A stretch of 64,000 nt of DNA. Source: an uncultured Desulfobacterales bacterium. GTDB taxonomy: Bacteria; Desulfobacterota; Desulfobacteria; Desulfobacterales; CAJINA01. The stretch's first letter is position 1; the number at the start of each line of letters is the position of its first letter. Positions 51,315 through 59,567 of this stretch are shown in pieces. Made by a program: the position numbers and the translations under genes. The stretch spans positions 1,010-65,009 of the forward strand of contig CAZWPX010000023.1 of NCBI GenBank assembly GCA_964636125.1, read 5' to 3'. The notes under the pieces were generated by a model, which did no database searches, had not been told where the DNA came from, and saw only the letters and a list, made by a program, of their open reading frames with translations.

Positions 51315-54239
51315 ATGGGCAGGTTGAACGTCAAATTCCGCGTGGTTGCAGGCATGGTCGGTCTGGTGATCAGCCTCATCTTTCTGGCCCTCTATCTCGG
51401 CATCATTCCGGACCGGATCGGCGCGGTGCGAAAAGGACGCACGTCCCTCGCCGAAGCCCTTGCGGTACACAGCGCGGCCCTGGTGATGACGTCCGACTTT
51501 CAGCGCCTGAAAGCCGATCTGGACCTGATTTCAAAAAGAAATCCCGGTCTGCTTTCCCTTGCCCTGCGACGGGCAGATGGCCGCAGCACGATTTCGATCG
51601 GCGATCACGACGGCCAGTGGCAACCCATGCAAGAAAACTTCACGAAAGCCAACCAGATCCGGGTCCCCATATCCGACGGCAAGCAAAACTGGGGGCAGCT
51701 GGAGCTGCGATTCAATCCCCTGCAGGACCAGGGGCTCAAGGGAATCCTCCAAACACCATGGGTCCAGATCGGGCTGTTTCTCGGGATAGGATGCTTTGTC
51801 ACCTTTTACCTGTATCTGGGCAGAGTGCTTCGCCAACTGGACCCCTCCCAGGCCATCCCCGGCAGGGTGCGCGCCGCCCTGGACACCATGGCAGAGGGGT
51901 TGCTGGTCGTTGACCCGAAGGAACAAATCGTGCTCGCCAACAAGTCTTTCGCCGACCTGTTTCAAAGATCACCGGATAAGTTTCTGGGTCACAAGGCCGG
52001 AGAACTGCCCTGGATCGACACGGAGGGGAATAAGATAGAAAAAGAAAACCGCCCGTGGATCCAGGCCCTGAAACAGGGGAAGCTTCAGAGGAAGCAAATG
52101 TTGCGGCTGCAGGTTTCGGCCGACGAGTGGCGGACCTTCAATGTCAACTGCGCGCCGGTATTGGGTTCTGCGGAAAAGCCTGCGGGGGTACTCATCAGCT
52201 TCGACGATGTAACCCAACTCGAGAAAAAAGAGATCGAACTTCGCAAATCCAAGGAAGAAGCCGAAACCGCCAACCAGGCAAAGAGTGTGTTCCTGGCCAG
52301 CATGAGCCACGAAATCCGCACACCCATGAATTCCATTCTCGGTTTCACGGAGATCCTCAAGCGCGGCTATGCCCGCAGCAAAGAAGAGACCCGCCGACAC
52401 CTCAATACCATTCATTCCAGCGGGAAAAACCTGCTGGCCCTGATCAATGACATTCTGGACCTGTCGAAAGTAGAGTCCGGCCGCATTGAGGTGGAAAAAA
52501 CCTGGGACGAGCCCCATCGGATTGCCCAGGAGGTCCTTAAGACTCTGAAAGTCCAATCGGAAGAAAAAGGACTTTATCTCCGATTCAATGCGGAGAGTGC
52601 GCTGCCGCAAAAAATCGAGACCGATCCGACGCGTTTCCGGCAGATTATTTTCAACCTGGTGGGAAACGCCATCAAGTTTACGGAAACAGGCGGTGTGACG
52701 GTCGGCCTGCGCTTTAAGAACAACCGCAGAAGGCCCCTTTTGATTGTCGACATCACCGACACCGGCATTGGAATCCCGAGTGAGAAGATCGGCAGTATTT
52801 TCGACCCCTTCACCCAGGCGGATTCTTCGATAACCCGCCATTTCGGCGGAACGGGTCTCGGCCTTTCCATCAGTCGAAAATTTGCCCGACTGCTGGGCGG
52901 AGATATCCGGGTATCCAGTCAGCCGGATAAGGGCAGCCGGTTCAGGGTTATCCTGGCTACGGGAGACACGACCTCGATTCCTTTTCTCCAACCCGAGGAA
53001 GTGGCCTTGACCCTGGAAGAGACCGCTAAGGCCAAACCTGACCGGTGGCGGCTGAACAGGTCACGCGTCCTGGTGGTGGAAGACGGCGTTGAAACCCGTG
53101 AACTCCTCCGGCTGTTGCTCGTCCAGGCGGGAGTAGACGTGTACGAGGCGGAAAACGGGCTGGAGGGTGTCAGAAAAACCACCACCGAACCCTACGACGT
53201 CATCCTGATGGATGTAAACATGCCGGTCATGGACGGCTTTGCCGCGGCCGGGAAAATGCGGCAGAACGGGGTGAAGTCACCGATCATCGCCATGACCGCC
53301 AACGCCATGAAAGGCTCTGAGCAGGAATGTCTGGCGGCTGGATACTCGGGGTACCTCCCCAAGCCCATCGATATCGACAAGCTCATGCAGATGATGGCGG
53401 ATCTCGTGGGCGGAGACCAGGTCAAGGAAATGGACGATGCGTCCCCCGGCATTCCCGCAATGCCGGAAATCGCTTCCGCGGAAAAGCAAGCAGCACCGCC
53501 GCATCCCCTCGTATCCAGCCTGCCGATCAGCGACCCGGAGTTTCAGAAAATTATTATCCGATTTGAATCCCAGCTTCGCGACAAGCTGAAATCCGCGGTC
53601 CGGGCCCGGGAGCGGGGTGACCTTGCCGAATCGGCTGCCTTCGCTCACTGGCTCAAGGGAGCGGGTGGTACCGTGGGCTTCGCTGAATTTACCGAACCGG
53701 CCCGACAACTTGAACAGCTGGTAAATGAAGGGGCCGATGTATCTGAAATGACCGCGGCATGGAAAGCTATTCGCCGGCTGGCCATCCGCCTTGCTGACAC
53801 TATAGCTGACCTGGCGATATCTGCGGCTACCGGGACCGGAGCAGCAGCATCGCCGACTCCGTCGGAAGCCCCTTCCTCTGCCCACACCGCAGGCACCGCT
53901 GTGACACCTCTGGTTTCCCGCTACGCAGAGCTCCCGGAATTTCAGCCGATTATTCACCATTTCATCGAAACGCTCGATGAAAACCTGTCAAAAATGGAAC
54001 TGGCCTATGTGCAGGAAGATTGGAAACAGCTGGAATCCCTGTCGCACTGGTTGAAAGGGTCAGGTGGTACGGTGGGTTTTGATGCCTTCACAAAACCTGC
54101 AGCGGAGCTCGAAAAATTCGCCAAGGCGCAACAGGCGGACCAGGCCGGAGGAATGCTGGATAAGCTAAAGCGGCTGAAAAACGCAGCCCTGCACCCGGAT
54201 GCAGGTGGACACGGCACAGAGCCGGCATCAATCCTTTAA
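51315..54239 (+). CDS. Hybrid sensor kinase: TM-periplasmic loop-TM, PAS, HisKA, HATPase, REC, 2x HPt
   Basis: It starts 3 nt after the giant gene's stop. The H-box is LASMSHEIRTPMNSILGF, the G-boxes are DTGIGI and GTGLGLSISRKF, and the receiver is VLVVEDG...ILMDVNMPVMDG. Two HPt motifs are present: HWLKGAGGTVGF and HWLKGSGGTVGF. Confidence 0.9.
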   Translation: MGRLNVKFRVVAGMVGLVISLIFLALYLGIIPDRIGAVRKGRTSLAEALAVHSAALVMTSDFQRLKADLDLISKRNPGLLSLALRRADGRSTISIGDHDGQWQPMQENFTKANQIRVPISDGKQNWGQLELRFNPLQDQGLKGILQTPWVQIGLFLGIGCFVTFYLYLGRVLRQLDPSQAIPGRVRAALDTMAEGLLVVDPKEQIVLANKSFADLFQRSPDKFLGHKAGELPWIDTEGNKIEKENRPWIQALKQGKLQRKQMLRLQVSADEWRTFNVNCAPVLGSAEKPAGVLISFDDVTQLEKKEIELRKSKEEAETANQAKSVFLASMSHEIRTPMNSILGFTEILKRGYARSKEETRRHLNTIHSSGKNLLALINDILDLSKVESGRIEVEKTWDEPHRIAQEVLKTLKVQSEEKGLYLRFNAESALPQKIETDPTRFRQIIFNLVGNAIKFTETGGVTVGLRFKNNRRRPLLIVDITDTGIGIPSEKIGSIFDPFTQADSSITRHFGGTGLGLSISRKFARLLGGDIRVSSQPDKGSRFRVILATGDTTSIPFLQPEEVALTLEETAKAKPDRWRLNRSRVLVVEDGVETRELLRLLLVQAGVDVYEAENGLEGVRKTTTEPYDVILMDVNMPVMDGFAAAGKMRQNGVKSPIIAMTANAMKGSEQECLAAGYSGYLPKPIDIDKLMQMMADLVGGDQVKEMDDASPGIPAMPEIASAEKQAAPPHPLVSSLPISDPEFQKIIIRFESQLRDKLKSAVRARERGDLAESAAFAHWLKGAGGTVGFAEFTEPARQLEQLVNEGADVSEMTAAWKAIRRLAIRLADTIADLAISAATGTGAAASPTPSEAPSSAHTAGTAVTPLVSRYAELPEFQPIIHHFIETLDENLSKMELAYVQEDWKQLESLSHWLKGSGGTVGFDAFTKPAAELEKFAKAQQADQAGGMLDKLKRLKNAALHPDAGGHGTEPASIL

Positions 54240-54634
54240 CTATGACGGATTCGAAATCCCGCCTCATCCAGTCGGCATCAATACAGTCGCTGCTTGATGC
54301 AAAAATTATGTCTGCAGTGATTTCTCTGGGAAAAAATCTCGGTATGTTGACCGTTGCCGAGGGGCATTGTGCAGTATGCCGATCTCGAGCACCGAACTTG
54401 AGCTGCTCTTTCACAGCTCGACTCACCAACGACGTGAGCGCGTTCCAGAGGATGGTCGTCCCGAAAAAGATAGGCCGGGTCATCTCGCCCCATAGAGAGT
54501 CTTCTCCCGGTCCACTGAACATGATGATTTTTTCACCGGCAGGCGTTCCCGGGCTGGCCGTATGTTTTTATTATTTATGAAATCAAAAGTGGTATTGTTG
54601 GACAAATGACCTAAAATATTATAAAAGTTGACTC

Positions 54635-55489
54635 ATGATTGCCAAATTCAAATCAAGCCTGTTTCTGATAGCTGTCATCGGGCTCCTGGCTGTCAGCCCC
54701 GCCGTCTCCCATTCGCTGGAAGTTCAGGCGGTAACCATTCCCAGCGCGGACGTCACGCTTTCCTTTGTGGTTTCCGGAAAAATCGCAGAAATTCTCGTCA
54801 AAGAAGGCGACAGTGTGAAAAAGGGTGCCCTGCTGGCTGCGTTGCACGATGATCCTGAACGAATTCAAACCGAGCAATTGAAGGTTCAGGCCGCGGACAT
54901 GACCCGTATCCTGTCGGCAAAAGCGGAACTGGCCCAGAAAATAGTGGACCTGGAAAAGCTCGATGCGGCCAGGAAAAAGGGTGCGGTCAGCGACTGGGAA
55001 GTCGCACATATGAAGCTGAGCGTTCGCATGGCGAAGCTGGCGCTCCAGGCGGCGACAATCGAACATGAGCAATCTCAGCGCCAGTACTCCCAGGCAGTCC
55101 AACAGCTCGAGCGCATGCGCATCGTGTCCCCGATTCCGGGGCGCGTGGAAAAGGTCTCCATTGAGGCCGGAGAAGGGATTGAAAAACTCGGACCGGTGGT
55201 TCAACTGGTCAGGACCGATCCGCTCTGGCTCGATGTCCCGGTCCCCCTGCCCCAGGCAAAGCAGCTGGCCATGGGGCAACGGGCCGCGGTCCGGTTTCCG
55301 GGTGATCCAACCGGTAAATCAACGGATGGTCGGATTGTCTACATCTCGTCCGTCGCAGATGCGGCCAGTGACACCCTGCGGGTCCGTATCGAAGTGGGCA
55401 ATCCTTCCGATCGTCCGGCAGGAGAGCGGGTGACCGTTGGCTTTCCGCTAATTCAAACCGGCAAGGTTGGGGACACTTCCCAAAATTGA
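54635..55489 (+). CDS. HlyD/RND-type periplasmic adaptor (membrane fusion protein 1)
   Basis: The N-terminal signal/anchor is SLFLIAVIGLLAV. It has a lipoyl-like half (VSGKIAEILVKEGDSVKKGALLAAL), a coiled-coil hairpin, IVSPIPGRVEKVSIEAGE and a beta-barrel tail. Confidence 0.85.
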   Translation: MIAKFKSSLFLIAVIGLLAVSPAVSHSLEVQAVTIPSADVTLSFVVSGKIAEILVKEGDSVKKGALLAALHDDPERIQTEQLKVQAADMTRILSAKAELAQKIVDLEKLDAARKKGAVSDWEVAHMKLSVRMAKLALQAATIEHEQSQRQYSQAVQQLERMRIVSPIPGRVEKVSIEAGEGIEKLGPVVQLVRTDPLWLDVPVPLPQAKQLAMGQRAAVRFPGDPTGKSTDGRIVYISSVADAASDTLRVRIEVGNPSDRPAGERVTVGFPLIQTGKVGDTSQN

Positions 55490-55494
55490 AGACG

Positions 55495-57312
55495 ATGAAC
55501 GAACTGCAGCAAACCGAAGGGCCTTTCACCAGGGTTCTCACTCGGGTACTTGCCAGGCAGTGCCGACAGGTGCGGGCGGCCGGCGGCGCAATGCTGCAAC
55601 CCGTCGAAGAGAAACGCCTGCTCCTCCTTGCGGCTTTTCCGCAATCAGACACCCAAAACGGGCTTCCCAAATGGCTCTCCCCTGCCCTGAACACCTGCCT
55701 GGAGGTCCTGTCCAGCGGAAAGGCGGCGATTGTGCCGGAATCCCCGCAGCAGGGGGCCGGCGGACAGACCGGGAGCCGGATCCTTGTCATTCCGATTCAA
55801 AAAAAGAACAATGTCCGGGCAGTGGCTGCATTTCTCGTCCCCGAGCAAAACCCCCGGAGGCTGGCGGTTATAGAAAAGAGGCTGGCCACCACCTCCTTTC
55901 TACTGAACCACTGCGAACTGCAACTGACCCTGGAAAAACACCGGAAGGCGATCGATCGCCTCTCCCTCGCGCTGGGTGTCATTTCAGTGTGCAACCAATC
56001 CAGCCACTTCACGAGCACCGCCATGGCCTTGTGCAACGAGCTTGCCGAAAAATTAAGATGCCACCGTGTCAGCCTCGGCGTTCTGGAAGGCCGCTACGTC
56101 CGCGTCCGCGCCATGAGCCGGACCGACACGTTTCACCGGGAGATGAAGCTGACCCAGGACATCGAGGCAGCCATGGAAGAGTGTCTGGACCAGGACCTGG
56201 AAATCATTCGCCCGGCGGCCGCAGATGCCGTCTACGTCAGCCGCGCAGCCGGGCAGCTTTCCCAGCGGCATGGGCCATCCGCCGTGCTCTGCGTGCCGGT
56301 CCGGATAAACGGCGGCGTGGCCGCCGTCATCACCCTGGAGCGATCTTCGGAGCGGCCGTTTACAAGCCTGGAAGAGATCGAGGCCGTCAGGCTGGCTTGC
56401 GACCTGTGCGCCCCGCGGCTGATGGACCTGCGGGAGAATGCGCGGTGGTTCGGCGCCCGCATGGCCGCAGCGGTTCGAAAAAAAGCAGGGACGATTTTTG
56501 GACCGCAACACACGGGATTGAAGCTGGGGGCCGTCCTCATTTTTCTCATCGCAGTGTTTCTTGTGTTCGCCAGGGGGGAGTACCGCGTCGGCGCCCCGTT
56601 TATCTTCGAGGCCTCGATTCAGCAAGCCGTCGTGGCCCCGTTTGACTCCTATATCAAAAACGTTCACGTGGATCCCAGCGACGCGGTAATCGCTGATCAA
56701 ACCCTATTGGGCGAGCTGGAGACTTCCGATTTGAGACTCGAACAGGCCGCGCTCAAGGCACAGCAGCAGGGGCATCGGAAACAACGTGCAGCCTCGATGC
56801 GCGACGGAAAAACGGCCGAAGCCCAGATGGCCGAGGCTCAGATTGACAAGCTGGCGGCTGAAATCCGCCTCATCGAAGGCCATATCAAACAGGCCGCACT
56901 GGTGGCGCCGATTTCCGGGCGACTCGTTTCGGAAGATCTCAAACGGCGTCTGGGAGCGCCGGTGGAAGCGGGCGACATTCTCTTCGAAATCGCCCGCATC
57001 GAATTACTGAGGGCCGAGCTTTACGTGCCGGAAGATTCGATTGCGCTGGTGAATATCGGTCAGGCCGGTGAATTGGCCGCCGTCGGCCATCCGGATCGGA
57101 AAATTCGGTTTGTGGTGGAACGCATCACGCCCCTCGCCGAGGTAGTCAACCAGGTCAATTCGTTCCGGGTGCGGGCCCGTTTGCACGACAGGCCGAAATG
57201 GATGCGGCCGGGCATGGAAGGCCTTGCCCGGATCGATGTAGGGAAAAAACGCTATGTGTGGATCTGGACCCATCGGTTGACCGACTGGCTCAGGATGAAG
57301 CTTTGGCTTTAA
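55495..57312 (+). CDS. GAF-GAF-TM-HlyD fusion (membrane fusion protein 2 with a cytoplasmic sensor module)
   Basis: About 330 cytoplasmic aa carry two GAF-like units (…ALCNELAEKLRCHRVSLGVLEG…VLCVPVRINGGVAAVITLER…). One TM follows (LGAVLIFLIAVFLVFA), then a HlyD coiled coil and VAPISGRLVSEDL. A TTG at 55486 overlapping the upstream stop is an alternative start. Confidence 0.85.
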   Translation: MNELQQTEGPFTRVLTRVLARQCRQVRAAGGAMLQPVEEKRLLLLAAFPQSDTQNGLPKWLSPALNTCLEVLSSGKAAIVPESPQQGAGGQTGSRILVIPIQKKNNVRAVAAFLVPEQNPRRLAVIEKRLATTSFLLNHCELQLTLEKHRKAIDRLSLALGVISVCNQSSHFTSTAMALCNELAEKLRCHRVSLGVLEGRYVRVRAMSRTDTFHREMKLTQDIEAAMEECLDQDLEIIRPAAADAVYVSRAAGQLSQRHGPSAVLCVPVRINGGVAAVITLERSSERPFTSLEEIEAVRLACDLCAPRLMDLRENARWFGARMAAAVRKKAGTIFGPQHTGLKLGAVLIFLIAVFLVFARGEYRVGAPFIFEASIQQAVVAPFDSYIKNVHVDPSDAVIADQTLLGELETSDLRLEQAALKAQQQGHRKQRAASMRDGKTAEAQMAEAQIDKLAAEIRLIEGHIKQAALVAPISGRLVSEDLKRRLGAPVEAGDILFEIARIELLRAELYVPEDSIALVNIGQAGELAAVGHPDRKIRFVVERITPLAEVVNQVNSFRVRARLHDRPKWMRPGMEGLARIDVGKKRYVWIWTHRLTDWLRMKLWL

Positions 57313-57382
57313 CTCAATTGCCGTCAGGCTCCGCAAAAGACCTGTTCAATAAAACTAAGAATGCACCACTTTTAAAGGTAGG

Positions 57383-59566
57383 TTGACGGTGACCGCAACA
57401 CGCCCGACATTTATCGAATCCTGGTACCGCGTGGCCAATTTGTGCCCGAAGCTGCTCCCGGCGGTGAACGTGCACCGCCAGCATTTCCGGGGCGTCCAGT
57501 GGTACGTTCTCCAGAACCCGGCCAACAATGAATATTTCCGTCTCAGCCACGGGGCCTATCACTTCGCCGCGATGCTCGACGGTCGCCTCACCGTGGACCG
57601 GGTATGGCGGACGTGCATGGACGCATTCGGCGACGAGGCGCCGACCCAGGGCGAAGTCGTCGATCTGCTTACCAGGCTCTATGCGGCCAACCTGCTCCAG
57701 GGCGATGTGGCCCCGGACGTGGAAGCGCTGTTTCAGCGGCATCAGAAGCGCGCGTGGCGGGAAATTAAAGGATTTTTTCGCAATTTCCTTTTCATCCGGA
57801 TTCCCCTGTGGGATCCGGATCGATTCCTGGAAAGATGGGCCCCTGTTTTCGGAAAATTCTTCACGGTCCATGGCCTTTTCCTCTGGGTCGGTATCATGTT
57901 AGCCGGGTTGTGGGCGGTCGGCGGACACTTCGGAGACCTGACCCGGCAGGCCGCGGGTGTTTTGAACCCGAAAAACCTGCCCCTGCTGTACGCCGCGCTC
58001 GTCATCGTCAAAGTGTTTCACGAAATGGCCCATGCGTTTGCCTGCAAACAGTTCGGGATGCGGGCGGGAACCGGGGGCGAGGTGCACCGGATGGGGGTGA
58101 CGTTCCTCGTATTCGCACCGCTGCCCTACGTAGAGGCGTCCAGTGCCTGGGCCCTTAGGGACAAATGGCAGCGGATCGTCGTCGGTGCCGCCGGCATGCT
58201 GGTGGAACTGGCGATCGCTGCGATTGCAGGCATTCTCTGGGTCCGGACCGCCGAAGGGGCCACCGTACATGCCATCGCCTACAACGTGATGTTTGTCGCC
58301 AGTGTGTCCACGCTGCTCTTCAACGGAAACCCGTTCCTGCGATACGATGCCTATTACATCCTGCTGGATCTCCTCGAAATTCCCAACCTCGATTCCCGGT
58401 CCAAAGCCTACCTTGCCTTTCTGGCCAAACGTAATCTGTGGAACCTCAAACAGGTCCATGATCCCAGCCACACGCCGGGAGAACGGGGGTGGCTCGTATT
58501 TTACGCCCTGACCGCCATGGGTATCCGTGTGGCCGTGGCAATAGCGATTGTGCTGTTTCTCGGCAGCCAATTTTTTCTGATCGGGGCGGTGGTTGCGGTC
58601 TTCATGGCTGCAACCTGGATTTTCCTTCCCCTGGGAAACTTGCTGCGCTATCTGGCCATCAGCCCCGAGCTTGCCCGGATCAGACCCCGGGCGGTTGTCA
58701 CCAGCGCAGCCGCAGCCGCGGTCCTTCTCGGGGCCGTCGGCCTCGTTCCCATGCCGGAGCGCTTTCGCATCGAGGGTGTGGTGGAGCCGATCCGCTACGC
58801 GGTCATCCACATGAAAGCCGACGGATTCGTCGACGGGTTCCTCGATTCCGGGAAAAAGACCGGTCCGAACGGCCTCCGCCTGCTTACCGCGGTCTCCCCG
58901 ATTCTGGAAACCCGGCGCGATCAGCTGCATGCCGAACGCCGCCGGCTCCAGGTGCGGCGAAAACACGCCCAGGCCCGTGAGACGGCGGCGGTACAGATTA
59001 TCGCAGAAAAAATCGCCGCCCTGGAAGAAAAAATCGCACGCAACCGCCGGGAGATGGCGGATCTGAACCTGCAAGCACCCATTCAGGGCACCTGGGTGGC
59101 CCCGAACATTGACCGGCTCCGGGGGGTGTACCTGAAGCGGGGTCGACATGTCGGGGTGGTCGCAGATCTGGACGCCCTGAGAATCCGAGCCGTTGCCGGC
59201 CAGACAGTGGCGGCAGAGCTTATTCGGGATGCCGGATCCGCTGTCGAGATCAGAGTCAAAGGCAACCCGAGTGCGACCTACGACGGCCGAATCGAGACGA
59301 TCATTCCGGCGGGACAGGAACGGCTGCCGTCTGCCGCCCTCGGCTATGCAGCGGGGGGCTCGACCCAAACGGCCCTGGATGACCCGGAGGGCCGGCAGGC
59401 CTCCGAACCGTTTTTTGAAATCCTGGTGGTTCCGGATATTCCCGAAGGAAGGCGGCTGATGCCGGGGCAGAGCACGGTGCTGCGGTTTGACACCGCCGCG
59501 AAACCACTGCTGGTACAGGCATGGAAAACCATTTTGCAACTTTTTCAGAGGAGGTTTAAAGCCTAA
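57383..59566 (+). CDS. PqqD/RRE-like domain + M50 (site-2-protease-like) membrane metalloprotease + HlyD adaptor, single polypeptide
   Basis: The N-terminus (WYVLQNPANNEYFRLSHGAYHFAAMLDGRLTVDRVWRTCMDAFGDEAPTQGEVVDLLTRLYAANLL) fits the PqqD-like peptide-binding pattern. HEMAH lies at 58019..58033 within a polytopic region. The C-terminal coiled coil plus LQAPIQGTWVAP is HlyD-like. The start is TTG 57383 or GTG 57389. Confidence 0.85.
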   Translation: MTVTATRPTFIESWYRVANLCPKLLPAVNVHRQHFRGVQWYVLQNPANNEYFRLSHGAYHFAAMLDGRLTVDRVWRTCMDAFGDEAPTQGEVVDLLTRLYAANLLQGDVAPDVEALFQRHQKRAWREIKGFFRNFLFIRIPLWDPDRFLERWAPVFGKFFTVHGLFLWVGIMLAGLWAVGGHFGDLTRQAAGVLNPKNLPLLYAALVIVKVFHEMAHAFACKQFGMRAGTGGEVHRMGVTFLVFAPLPYVEASSAWALRDKWQRIVVGAAGMLVELAIAAIAGILWVRTAEGATVHAIAYNVMFVASVSTLLFNGNPFLRYDAYYILLDLLEIPNLDSRSKAYLAFLAKRNLWNLKQVHDPSHTPGERGWLVFYALTAMGIRVAVAIAIVLFLGSQFFLIGAVVAVFMAATWIFLPLGNLLRYLAISPELARIRPRAVVTSAAAAAVLLGAVGLVPMPERFRIEGVVEPIRYAVIHMKADGFVDGFLDSGKKTGPNGLRLLTAVSPILETRRDQLHAERRRLQVRRKHAQARETAAVQIIAEKIAALEEKIARNRREMADLNLQAPIQGTWVAPNIDRLRGVYLKRGRHVGVVADLDALRIRAVAGQTVAAELIRDAGSAVEIRVKGNPSATYDGRIETIIPAGQERLPSAALGYAAGGSTQTALDDPEGRQASEPFFEILVVPDIPEGRRLMPGQSTVLRFDTAAKPLLVQAWKTILQLFQRRFKA

Positions 59567-59567
59567 C

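Noticed and set aside
54242-54580. 112-aa ORF after the hybrid kinase
   Set aside because: Only ~35 aa resemble an EAL-domain segment. The rest is featureless and there is no SD. I treat it as a gene remnant rather than a functional CDS.
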